A DNA stretch of 63,994 nucleotides, filler included, from Catajapyx aquilonaris (Eukaryota): NCBI GenBank assembly GCA_000934665.2. It is 3 parts of 3 records of this genome, joined end to end, with 100 filler letters (N's around TTAATTAATTAA, not from the genome) between each part and the next. Parts side by side here need not be neighbours in the genome. Positions count along the whole stretch, not along the records: positions 1 to 21,506 come from KZ539469.1; positions 21,607 to 43,015 come from JYFJ02006061.1; 1 more part is not named here. One strand, written 5' to 3'. Under the pieces are notes generated by a model. The model ran no database searches, was not told the origin of the DNA, and worked only from the letters and a program-made list of their open reading frames with translations. Below are positions 13,104-25,149 of this stretch, one piece after another (positions within the stretch are counted from its first letter, which is position 1; each line of letters begins with the position of its first letter). The position numbers and the translations under genes are program-made.

Positions 13104-13560
13104 CTTTCTGACTGCTCATTCACCCACCGCCTTACAGGACCAATATGGAGCAAGGGTCGAGCGACCTTCCAACAGCATCTGTCAGACTCGTGCGTCGTGC
13201 CGTGCCACTCACTGCCTCACTGATCCAGTGATCCGGCCGTTTTTGAATAACAAATATGGCTGACTCTGGGACATGGAACGAACCGGTTCAACCACGGGGA
13301 ACTCATAGTGCAGTGCGCGCCATCTACCGACCGAAATCTCCTCTTTTGGATGATCAAGTTCCCCCTCAAAGGCGCTGCATTTGTGGAGCGGTCCGGTCTT
13401 GGGTCCGGTACTGTATACCGTGCGGAAAGTAAACGAGCTTTAAATTTTCAAATTTTGGCCATCTTTCAGCTCGTAGTTCCCGAGCAGCCAATCAGAGGCC
13501 AGTATTGGTGTCACGTGATGCAGGAGTTCCAATATGGCGACCTCAATATCAGGCGTCAAT
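13104..13560 (-). promoter_or_regulatory. Probable GCP4 5' UTR and promoter region
   Basis: CpG-rich stretch upstream of the ATG with CCAAT boxes, GTCACGTGAT E-box and YY1-like AATATGGCG (13485-13545); may be partly transposon-derived. Confidence 0.4.
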
Positions 13561-14122
13561 GCACTGAACCGCACTGAGCTATTTCATCCTATTTGTCAGG
13601 CTTCCTTGCGAACGTCTGAGGCGCATTGTAAGCCGCATAGTTAGGATAAAGGCTTCCCCCTAAAAAGTATGGTGCCCAAATTGTCACCATCACAACTCGC
13701 ACAGTGTTGCAACAGTCATGGCATGTTCATTTGATACGATACTGTAACATATTTATAACTACGTACCGTGAGAGGCGTGAGTGAGCCAATATTTTCAGGT
13801 ACTGCAGCAAGATGGCCCATGGGCTGTCGAGGAAGGCGCCCAAGTTCCCCTCGTTCTAAGGACCTTACCTCGTTCTTCTCGACGGCGACCCCGAACGGAT
13901 CAGATGTACTAGGCTGCGCTGAGGTCAGTCACCCCCCCCCCCCCCCNNNNNNNNNNNNNNNNCGTGAACTCGAGGGGGTAAGAGCTCGGAGCCGAATTCG
14001 GCGAGATTGGACCTGTTTGGAAATCATGGCCAGGCGACAAAGGGCAGTTGATGGGGGAAATATTTGGGTTGTTTGATACAAAAAGAATTTAATTGAGCCT
14101 AGATAGTACAGTATTATCAGCT

Positions 14123-14352
14123 ACCGAAGCAGGTTGGCATGGTGGATAAGGCGTCCGACTGCTAATCGGGAGGTTCTGGGTTCGAATCGCGGGGCCGACG
14201 ATCCTGACCGTGGGTTTCTGTAGTTTTCCACGGTCTTCCCAGGATAATTCCTGGGTCGCTTCCATATAATAGGCCACAGCCGCTTCCTTCCTTCCCTATC
14301 CTTGGAGGTTGAAGAGGCAAAGCTGGGCCAACCTCCCTAATATCAATTATAA
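14123..14352 (+). mobile_element. tRNA-derived SINE, family A copy 2
   Basis: Same head and body as the 6984 copy; 13-bp TSD AGTATTATCAGCT at 14110-14122 and 14353-14365. Confidence 0.92.
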
Positions 14353-14861
14353 AGTATTATCAGCTAGTTTTTCAGTTAAACTAGCAGGTACCGGTAAATC
14401 ACATAATTATACGGTAGTATTAGCCAGTCCTGAAATGAAACATTGAGTAGGCTATAGTTATGCTACAGGTTAGTCAGACCTCCAGGTCAGTCTTCAGCCA
14501 GGGTACCCATTGGCCAAATACAAGTTTAAAATGTAGGGGTTAGTGTAAGAGAAGCAGCATATTCCCATCCTGATTTGACAACTTCCCGCATATTATTCAT
14601 ACTCATGTTCCAACTCCCGTCATGCATTTCTAGCGGGCAGCTCAGGGGGGTGGGGTGGGGGGTTGACTTATTGGAACAGACGAGAAGAAGCAGACGGACT
14701 GGGATAGAAGAATGTTGGTCCGGGGTTGGGCTACGGACTTCCTGTACGTCCACTACAAGTCTACTTACGACTGCGACTACGAGCAGTTCACTTAGGTCCA
14801 CTACTAATCTACTTACGACTACGAGTGTTCCAGTATTACGACCACTACTAGTCCTGCCTTA

Positions 14862-15841
14862 AGGCTCGTTTACGCACTCACGAAGTGAGCCAAGTTCGCA
14901 CCCTCGCACGAGAAGACGCTTTGCGAACGAGAAAGGGAGGTTGCCCTAGGTTTTCTCGTACGAGCTCCAGCACATACGACCATATCTGTTTGGTAGAGGT
15001 TTTCTCGTCTTGAAAAGCAGGAATTCGTATCCATTGCTCCCCCGCTTTCCCCCTCCTTCCACTTCACCTGAGCCAATCCGAGCATTCCCCCTCTGCCAAC
15101 TCTCCATAACGCGCGCGCACACACGATTTTGACTTGAACAACCGCCCCCATCATTTCGGAACCAATCAGAGCGTGTTCATTTCCCTCCATCCAAGATGGC
15201 TGCAACTGAGAAGTACAGCAAAGGAGCTCGGAAGGCAGGAGGAAAGTGGATCTACCGTGACTTGCATTCATCCTATTGCACGACCGCCTTCCCCCTCCCC
15301 GCCTTCCCATCCCTGACCCCCACTCCTCTCCTCCCACTCCTCGCTGACTGTGCGAGCACGATGCGAGTTCGCAATGGCGTAAACGGATTGTACGATTCGT
15401 GTGCCCCGCAGACAGCCCACGGACACTTATACTACTTTCTGGCGTTATCACCTGCCGAGGGATTACGCACCGGGTGGCCACTTGAGATCGCTACGAGACA
15501 TTTCCCAAGGCTATCATGTGGCGACCCTACCGGACTAAGGCTGAACTTTACAGGTACGAAGGGGAGGGCTACATTGGGGGGCCCAACATGGCCGCTGGCG
15601 GCCATGTTGGGCCAGCATGTAGCCCTCCCCTTCGTACCTGTAAAGTTCAGCCTTAGTCCGGCAGGGTCGCCACATGATAGCCTTGGGAAATGTCTCGTAG
15701 CGATCTCAAGTGGCCACCCGGTGCGTAATCCTTCGGCAGGGGGTGGGTGGGGAGTGACCTAACCTGAGTCTTCTACAGCCGTGCCCGCAGATAATTTGTT
15801 CGCGCGAACTTGGCTCACGTCGTGAGTGCGTAAACACGCCT
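14862..15841. mobile_element. PIF/Harbinger-type non-autonomous element
   Basis: TTA|AGGCTCGTTTACGCACTCACGAAGTGAGCCAAGTTCGC ... GCGAACTTGGCTCACGTCGTGAGTGCGTAAACACGCCT|TTA; 3-bp TTA TSD. Confidence 0.88.
15451..15740. mobile_element. Near-perfect 290-nt palindromic element nested in the Harbinger-type element
   Basis: CCTGCCGAGGGATTACGCACC ... GGTGCGTAATCCTTCGGCAGG; arms pair almost to the centre (~15597). Confidence 0.85.
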
Positions 15842-17151
15842 TTACGTCTACGAGCGAATTTCCGTACGACTACAAACTGGCGTGCCTGAGTGCGAGCAGC
15901 CCTACGAGTGTCAACGGTCAGCTGTCCTCCCTGAAGAGTACCGACCTTGTCCTTCAGCGGATAGCATCGTCCTTCTTCAATTCAACCTGTCCTGTATGCC
16001 TAAAGAGTACCACCCCGTCCTTTAGTCATTATCAGTCCTGTTTGAACCCCAGCATCGAAGCTGACCCAGCCGAAGCGCACATAATATCATGTATGCCTAA
16101 GAGATCCGATTTGACCTTGGTGCATCAACAGTACTGTCCTTCGTCGTGTACCTTTTTGGCCTTGACTTCCTGTCAAGAAGCCAGTAAGTAGAAGAGGACC
16201 AAACCTGTCCTTCTTTCTGCTACCCAACAGGGGACCAGCAGAAGCGGTTTCAGCATGCAACCAAGCAGCAACCTTCAGACAAGCAGAAGCGGATTCAGCT
16301 TGCGGCCAAGCAGTAGTCCACACACAAGCAGAAGCGGACACAAGCAGAAGCGCAGCCCTCAACGTGTCAATTCCAGTTGAAGACCAGGCCGAACTGTCTT
16401 CCACTTACCTACCTAAATATCCAAGGATATTCCTACCCATGAGAACAATTCCTTCCCCTCTGAAAACCCACAACTTGCAGTAATTGGAAAGAGTGTGGAT
16501 AAATGAAAGTGGTCAACCCGACAAGTGTGTCGATTTTGAGAATACCTTACACCTCCTGGGCGAACGAATCCTTATAGTTAGAAATGTCTAAAAACCAACG
16601 CAGACGACAATGAGAGTTTAGTTGTTCCTTATAGGCAAACACGACCATCAGTCTTCCACCTTATCCTGTAACGTAAGTACAAATAAGCCGTGTCATGGTA
16701 AATTACGTTGACCATTATAATTGATTATAATTGATTGGGTATTTGGCTAACCCCAGAGGGGTCTTCTGCCAGACCTTAATTACGATGGTATACAATTTTG
16801 GGAATCCTATATTTGAAGCACCCGGGCCCACGGGCAGGATGACAGGAGGGGATGTGCAAGGTGCAGTGTATCTGACGCTGTGGCCATTTTTAGTGAACTC
16901 CCCCGGGTGGTTTACATGGGCGTAGCCAGGATTTAGGTTGGGGGGGGGGGGGGGGGAGGGCCCCACCTGTCCTCATCCTCCCCCCTGCAGCAAGCAATAT
17001 GGGGGCAACATTGGGGCAACATTGGGGAAGCCGGCGCAACATAGCCCAATATGGCCGATGTTCAGCCATGATGTCCATGGGGACAGAGACACAGCGGAAT
17101 ATCGGGCCAAGATTGCGCCAACATGGAACGCCAGTGCGNTGGGGAGGGCAG

Positions 17152-17226
17152 CTGCAAAAGTTATGACTTCTGAAAGTTCCAAAAATAATACATTTTCATA
17201 CTCCATGGGATTACATTAGCGACCAC

Positions 17227-17312
<86 letters not shown>

Positions 17313-18541
17313 GATACTCCATTTTCAGCCCTTCAGGCTTTATTAGGGGGGGATTTCTCCCAATTTTTTTTGTCTGGAACTCTTTCCATTTTTACTATAC
17401 TTTTCATCGGAATTGAGGCAAGGATAGGTAAGGAAGGAAGCGGCTGTGGCCTATAATTACGGTAACGATCCCGGAATTATCCTGCGGTGACCATGGGAAA
17501 CCACAGAAAACCATGATCAGGGTCGCCGGCCTCAGGGATTCGAACCCAGGACCTCCCGATTAGCAGTCGGACACCATACCACTACACCACTACTGCTTCG
17601 GTTAGCGACCACATATAATGACATTGAAGTGTGTAATCAGTTTCTAGACCTTTTCTCATCGGAAAAAAGTCATACAGAACGGCTGTGGCCGTCCGTCCGT
17701 CCGTCCGTCTGTGGACTGGTATCAAGGCCTAAACCGTAAGAGATAGCGACAAGCGGTTTTCATATTCGGATTGAGCGTGACCAAAATAGGTTTCATGGTT
17801 AACTTCTGGTGACCCGCCACTTCCGGTCTTCCGGGTTCACTCTATCCGCACAAGTCTACTTTACGGGCGGGTTATCGTTGGATTTCGAAGTTAGTTTCTG
17901 TGTATTCCTGACCGTGTTTTTCGGGGATTTACTCCGGGTTTTACCTGACTCTCTGGCACAGGGGCTGTGGAATTTATTCCTGACGTTGGACATGTTTGCA
18001 ATGAGCGTCATCGGCCGCCATGATGTTATCGCCCAAGCCGATACTGGAATCGATATGTTGCCTAGGTTACGATATATCGATTCACATGCTCCCTGAAAGA
18101 ATGAGAAAATGTCTCATCGAATCACGCTCACGTGAGGTAAAACCCGGAGTAAATCCCCGAAAAACACGGTCAGGAATGCACGGAAACTAACTTCGAAATC
18201 CAACGATAACCCGCCCGTAAAGTAGACTTGTGCGGATAGAGTGAACCCGGAAGACCGGAAGTGGCGGGTCATCAGAAGTTGACCATGAAACCTATTTTGG
18301 TCACGCTCAATCCGAATATGAAAACCGTTTGTCGCTATCTCTTACGGTTTAGGCCTTGATACCTGTCCACAGACGGACGGACGGACGGCCAGAGCCGTTC
18401 TGTATGACTTTTTTCCGATGAGAAAAGGTCTAGAAACTGATTACACACTTCAATGTCATTATATTATGTGGTCGCTAATGTAATCCCATGGAGTATGAAA
18501 ATGTATTATTTTTAGAACTTTAAGACGTCATAACTTTTGCA
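17152..18541. repeat. Large inverted duplication containing two facing Helentron/DINE-1-like 5' ends
   Basis: 17152-17226 plus 17613-17946 mirror 18135-18541; each arm has TTTCTAGACC, a short stem-loop and a (GTCC)n microsatellite. Confidence 0.8.
17227..17602 (-). mobile_element. tRNA-derived SINE, family A copy 3, with (ATT)n tail
   Basis: Minus-strand head with B-box GGTTCGAATCC; (AAT)~28 at 17227-17311 is its tail; TSD TAGCGACCAC at 17217-17226 and 17603-17612. Confidence 0.92.
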
Positions 18542-18773
18542 AATATGGGGTTCAGCACGAAATATTTCATTTTTGGGCATCATATATTGTCCTGTATTAG
18601 CATGTTCAATTTCATCAAGATCCGTCATTATCACCCCGTGACCTTCCCTTGTTAGTATTCTCAAGCAACTTTGTAAGTGCGTTGCCCCAGGTAGGATTTT
18701 CCGCCGTGTCCTCACACCAATGCAATTATTATGCGTTTCAATGGTGTCGAGTGTGACCAAGGGCGAACTGTGG

Positions 18774-19031
18774 TTAGGGGGCGGCCCCGGGGCCGCTATG
18801 TAAGTGTTGCTCCAGGTCGAAATGTGCTTGGGGGGCCGCTTGGGGTTCATCGTCCTCTGCATCTGACTCGGAAATGTCGATGTCGTCACCTTCCTCTTCA
18901 GCACGCTGGCTGAGAGGTTGACCTTCGTCGTCGATGTCCTCATTGTCAAAATAATCGAGGTCCTCCTCGTCTGACTCGGCTGTAGTCAGAACGCGGAGCT
19001 CATCCTCATCTGAGATGAACCTCCGTGCCAT
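18774..19031 (-). pseudogene. Acidic 85-aa ORF resembling a piggyBac-type transposase N-terminus (remnant)
   Basis: MARRFISDEDELRVL followed by a D/E/S-rich tract, the typical PGBD N-terminal style; no catalytic domain follows. Confidence 0.45.
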
Positions 19032-19300
19032 GTTCAGAGAGCCGTCAGAGAGAATAAACGACAGCAGCTAGTGGTGATGGGACAAAAGTAGCGAGACTGC
19101 TACTTGTAATAACTGTTGAAATAACTGCAACTCAGGTGAAAGTTTGAGATGACCCATAAATCACATTTTCCATGGGACAATTTTCATTTCTACCCCAATA
19201 TACAAGGCACTAATAAGGAACATTTACGTGCTATTATGATGATGATGATGCACGACCCGCTCTAAGAATAATGAACAAAATAAGGTGGCCATGTGTGAAA

Positions 19301-19655
19301 AAAAATAGGCAGTAAAACTGCAGAAAACTATTCTTCCTCTGGGTGAGATTAAAAGTAAGAAACAAGTCCATAGGTGGGGGTTGGTTCGTGTCATAGGGAT
19401 GTGTGATAATCAAATTTAATTCAAAACATTCGTGCTTTGGGGCTCGGAAGAATTAGGCAGATATCGTTTTTATGTACTTCTCCGACTCTCATACTCTGCC
19501 TAATTCTTCCCAGCCCCAAAGCACGAATGTTTGGAATTAAATTTAATTATCACACATCCCTATGACACGAACCAAGCCCCACCTATGGACTTGTTTCTTA
19601 CTTTTAATCTCACCCAGAGGAAGAATAGTTTTCTGCAGTTTTACTGCCTATTTTT
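19301..19655. repeat. Foldback inverted repeat, ~160-nt arms
   Basis: 19301-19461 is the near-perfect reverse complement of 19495-19655. Confidence 0.9.
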
Positions 19656-20340
19656 AATGAATTCTTTTCATCATCAGAATAAAGTGAAAACCTGCTGATG
19701 CCCCCGCTTTCGTCCCAAAATGTTTCCCCCCTTCAACCTCCTGTGGGGGGAAGTGGGCTCCAGACTGGGACCCCCCCTCCCAAGTATATCCGGTCTCGGT
19801 ACAGAAAGGAAGCGAGAACCACAAAACTGACACTTTCGAAATCGCCTTGTAGCTCAAAAAGTAAAGGTTATTCTCAAAATAAGGTATGCAGGAGGGCACC
19901 CCCTGGGAACATTGCGGTTCTAATGAAGCATTGTATGACCCTCTACGACGCACCGTTTAGGCTGTACCCTGGTTCGACTAACGACACTTTTTTGAACTTT
20001 GACCCCGGCTAATGACCCCGGTAATGGCCCTAGTTGTTGTTTATCCAGCTAAAGTTTGAAACTGGAGTGAGCGGAGCGTAAATCTTGTTTCCGATTTGAA
20101 ATCGATTAACCCGATCGCGAGTTATGAAGTCGGGAAAAATGCATTGGAGTCGTAGCGATTCCGATCTATTCGTTTCACGCGCGCCGGATGGCCCGCTTCG
20201 CGGGCCAACCGGTAGGTGGAGTTGGTGGGCCCTGCCGTTTGCCCCGCGAGAAAAAGGGTTAGGGCAGTATTGCACCCAACTTGTAATGCGAACTAAATTT
20301 TGGTCAAGAACGTATCACAAGCATCACAAATTAGTTTAGT

Positions 20341-21018
20341 GTTCATATAAATTACATCAAATGAACTGTCGTGAGATGAGGATCATTTTGGTGCCAACTG
20401 GTTTAACCTAGATTGTAAAATAAAAATGTTTAAAAAATTCGCATTATTGAGCAAAACGGACATATTTCATATTGTCCAATGTCATGGTTAAACACATGCT
20501 AAGGGTGTGGAATTAATATGGTAGGTATACATTGTCATCTGATCATTACTATACTGTCGAAGGACAACATCACAGGTCAAGCCATGGGTCAAGCAGTCTT
20601 GGAAATAAAACTTATGAAATGTCTGTTTTCCACTAATTTGGTCATCTTTAGGGTCATTTTTCTCAATGTGGGGCTGGGTTTAAGTTACCAGAAGCGTCTT
20701 TTCATGCATAACATAGCGGTATAAGAACTGTTCACTTACCATAAATGGTTCACTCGCAACATAAAATAACGTGGAGCAAGAGCTAATGCGTGGAGTAGCC
20801 TATAGAGGGCTTTTCCAGCCATTTCATGATTTATTACGTCCAAGTCTGATTGATCTTGATCTTGCCCTACAGTATAGTAATGATCATGACACATATGAAA
20901 TGTGTCCGTTTTGCACAATAATGCAATTTTTTTAGCATTTTTATTTTACAATCTAGGTTAAACACGTTGCCACAAAATGTTCCTCATCTCACAACAGTTC
21001 ATTTGATATAATATGAAC
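20341..21018. repeat. Inverted repeat with ~135-nt arms and ~410-nt spacer
   Basis: 20341-20476 mirrors ~20889-21018 (e.g. TTTAACCTAGATTGTAAAATAAAAATG / CATTTTTATTTTACAATCTAGGTTAAA). Confidence 0.8.
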
Positions 21019-21506
21019 ATGAGGGTACAACAATAACTTCACCTGAAATAAATGGACCTTCGAATCAGTCTCCGTTGTTTCTGAAAGACGTTGCCATATC
21101 TCCGTGGGATTTTCACCTGGGAGGCTCTTAAATTTATTTTTGGCAACACTTCAATGATTTTTATATATCAAATTATGAGATGGTCGAGCCACCAACTTGT
21201 CTGTCGTGACATGGAATGACCCAACTATTATTATTATTATTTTGCTGCAATTGACTACTACTTTGCACATCATCATTAGCAGGATCGAACTCTGAATCTT
21301 AGGTACTCTCATCCACATCGGTGTCATCAGGCAAAAGCTCACTATTTAAGCCCGACTCGTGAGACACAGCTGCTCGCAGCTGCAACCTACGCGGTGCCAT
21401 ATCCTCCTCAGACCTGGTGTCGACATATGTCGACATCAGCAAAAGATTTTTTTGGCGCCAACCAGTGATGCCAACAGAACTGTAATAGGCTGGTATCCCA
21501 TGGTTA

Positions 21507-21606
21507 NNNNNNNNNNNNNNNNNNNNNNNNNNNNNNNNNNNNNNNNNNNNTTAATTAATTAANNNNNNNNNNNNNNNNNNNNNNNNNNNNNNNNNNNNNN
21601 NNNNNN
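21507..21606. other. Assembly gap marker
   Basis: 44N + TTAATTAATTAA + 44N, a six-frame stop spacer. Confidence 0.97.
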
Positions 21607-24600
21607 CCCCCCCAAGGGCTTATCCCCCCCCTCGTTACGAGGGAAAGGAAAATGGGAGGCCACCAGAGAAGCACGCGAAGGGGGAGGAAAAAGACCCCCC
21701 ATTCCATTTTTCTTTTTTTCCTACTAAGCTCGAGTTCATGTTGCAGGACCTTCCAGGAAGGAGCCATTTTTGTTAGGCGACGTATTATTATCAGTGTCCA
21801 TCCGAGTTAATTTACCTGAGGTGGCGGCGCCTGTTTGCTCGAATATGCAAAATCTCGGTTTTCGTGACTCCGGGTTTTGGATGACGTCACGGCGACATGA
21901 CCTCATCTAATTAACCTCAAGAGCACTCTTCGTAAGCGGTGTCTACTTATAGCGGGAGATAAAATCGATTAGGCGGAGGTTTTGGGGAGGGAGACAACAC
22001 CGGAGGTCCTTGGGTTTTAGACGCCTTGTAAAAATCATGCAAATGCACCATTTGCTTAGGAAACAAACTAAAAAAAAAAAAAAATCTACCTGGGGTGGCA
22101 AATAATTAATTCGAAGAATTTCGTTCGACTCGGAGAAAAATGAAGGGACATGCAGGTAGCTGTTTCAGATTAATGATCACCAGACGACGTATCAGACAAT
22201 ACACGTGAAAAGCAAAATTAGTTGCAAATTCGTCCTTTGCCCTGCTTTTACATGAACTCGTCAATATTCTGCAGGTGTTCCTGGTTAATTTACTTATTTA
22301 CTTGCTTACTTATTTATCTAACTGTTTAACTCTATTCCGGCGTGAATTGTGGCAATTCAAAACAGCCGGCGACTGAACGACGCAAAATTGGTGCGTCGTC
22401 AATATTACTTAACGCGACTCAAATTGACGCGAGTCCTTTAAATGACGACATGCCGACAGCACATAGCGGCGTGTATTATTTCGGCGGGGCAACCCATAAC
22501 GATGAGGGAAAAGAAATCGATGGCCATGTTACCTAACACGTTGTCCTAGGTTCTGTTTGACATGACTGACTGCAAGAGGTTCACTGCAGAGAATCATGGC
22601 AAGTATATAGCTGCGCAGTTAGTGTCATTTTAAACTATCACGTCACACGCGACTTGTTCGGAGGTTATTACTTGGGTGTCTTCATTGCGGATCTGTACAG
22701 TACAGGCTAGTGCACTACCAGGGATTGAAAAAAGTGTTCATCACTCGTACATAACATATTGTTGCTGGAGTGAACAATCCGGAACGTCACTTTGAGCAAT
22801 AACAATTATCAAGGCTCCTTTTTTAAAAAAATAATAAATCCAAATGATGGACACGGTCGCCAAAAATTCATAAAATTATGCATGAGTTATATAGTCGACT
22901 GATCAATGCCCCACTTAACCCATTCACCAATTCTCCGCCTATAGCAATGCTAACGGTTCGACCCACTATCCCCATACAATCAATCAATAATATTCATAAC
23001 GCCGTCATCCCAGTTTGACCGTACACTTGGTGCAACTCACCCAAGAAAATGTGAATAACCCTCCTTGGAAGCCGAGTGGACCCTCCTTACAATTCGGGCT
23101 GCAAAAGGCAAAATGAGAGGACCCAGTCCACAGCATCCCTAACATGTGGCGGGCAGGCTGGCTGTAGAAAAATGAGGGATTCCCGCCTAAAATAAGTCTC
23201 CCTTAACAAGCACCCACTTCATTACGTGACCTTGGAAGCCCTGGTAGCAGCATCCCACTGATCACTTACGAGCCCGAAAATAAACTGAAAACTGAAAATG
23301 TTGGCTGCAGGGCAAGAAGGATGTATAAAGACTATACCAAGTGTTAGCCAGTTTTTGCATAGCTCGCTTTAACACAGTGCAGTGCATTTAATGACAAGGT
23401 TTAACTTCATGTACGATAAGATACAATCAATCGAAAAATTGCAAATTCCAAGTAATGGCAAATGACCTCATGTTAATTTTTTCGCACGTAATGTGAATCA
23501 GAAGCAACAGTTTCTGCACATAATTAGCCTGTACAGAGAGTGGTGGATGAATCATTGTTATGTCACTTGTCTCTTCTGTGGTCTCTGACTCAATCACTGA
23601 GGAAATCCCTGCAGAAATCTGCTGATGCAATGATTGAGGGGGTCTCCTAAATATACCTCAGTCCTTTGGGGAATCCCCATAAGACAGGCTCAACCGTTAG
23701 TGCTAGGCTAGTTTTCCCTCGATTTGTTAATGTTTATATTGGGCTTTTCTAGGAAAATTTGCTGAATAATTTTTATAATGCATCCATTATCTCTCCTACA
23801 TCATGGGAAACCGACATGCGAAAGATCGTAGTGGAGTCAGCACTTTTTACCGAGATATGAGGTGACTTTTCAGGGCGTGTTATCATTTCCTTCAGTTTTG
23901 ACCACAGCATAACTATTGACCTCTTGAACTCAGAGGCCTGACAACATGATACAGTATTTCTTTATGTTGGCATAATGATCATGTGGGCCAAATTTTAACA
24001 AAAGCAAAACAATAGTTATTTTTTAAAATAAATTCGGGGCGAGTTATCCTGGAATGAATCTCCCTATGAACATTGAGTTTTTAAGCATGAAAAAAGGACA
24101 TAAAATGCTGGCGTTCGAGAAATGTGAGAAAATTTGCATATAGAATCAGCTTTCGCCAATAAAATAGTATTTCTAACATTCAAACCTCAAGTTTGAGGCA
24201 TATTACTGTAGATGAGTTCAAATTAACTTGTTACCCTTTGACGCTACCTGAGCATACAAATATGTAATGCTGTATTTGTGCATCTTGGTACTTAACTGTA
24301 CCATATTATGTTATGAATTTTCACAATTTTTTATGCTCATGGTAACAGGCATGTAGAGAGCCATCTTCCTACTTACATTCGCCTACAACATTCAGCAGAT
24401 CTAGTTTGAAAAATAGAAACCAATGGCTTTCCGATTCCACTTTTTAAAAATAATCGGCAATGCCATTATCAAAAATTAATACTTGGAAAGACGAACTACT
24501 CCGTTTCCAATATACTTTTCCATGTATGTCATGGGCATGAGTGGCATAACTGTCATGCTGACATAATGCAATGCTGCATTATTGATGCATAGTGGTCACA

Positions 24601-25149
24601 TGAGATATGCTGAGAGTGAGCTTATGTGACAGTAACCAATTTACCCACATTTGTAGAGCAATCAGTTGAGACCCATGGGTCCTTGGCAAAATTTACCTGA
24701 ATGCAAATGGGCTGTGCAGTTATAGTTGTCATAAAAATAGACCACAGGATTTGCATGCACATAATAAGTACATATTAAAACATTCAATAATTATTACAAT
24801 TATGCAGTTTTTCATGGCTGATATAGGTTATCTGGCAAAACCCAATGGAATGTGGTAACCCAAGATGAGATATCAAGTGAAACTGCCCAAGGTATCTGCT
24901 TTACATTGTGCATGACGAAAGACTTTATGCCCAACTCCTCACACCTCCTCGTAAATATTTGTAAAAATTAAAACAGCAGCTCCACATTTTCAAAATGGCT
25001 CCTTGGGCCTTCGTTGAGCAGACCACTAATAAAGGGGTGAAGGAACTGAACCAAAGTATTGCATACTACTTCAGAAAAGAAATTTTGCCATAAGATAATG
25101 TACGGTAATGATCTGTGTATTTTTACTACGGATATAGAATATTCATTTT

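Noticed and set aside
14730..14860. CRISPR-like or regularly spaced repeat array (also 44725-44820)
   Set aside because: Degenerate short tandem motifs with no constant repeat and unique spacers; eukaryotic context.
15196..15762. 188-aa and overlapping 203-aa ORFs
   Set aside because: They lie in GC-rich nested palindromic MITEs and have no recognisable domain.
21551..21562. TTAATTAATTAA islands between N-runs (also 43060-43071)
   Set aside because: Identical 44N-12-44N layout twice; a scaffolding spacer with stops in six frames, not biology.
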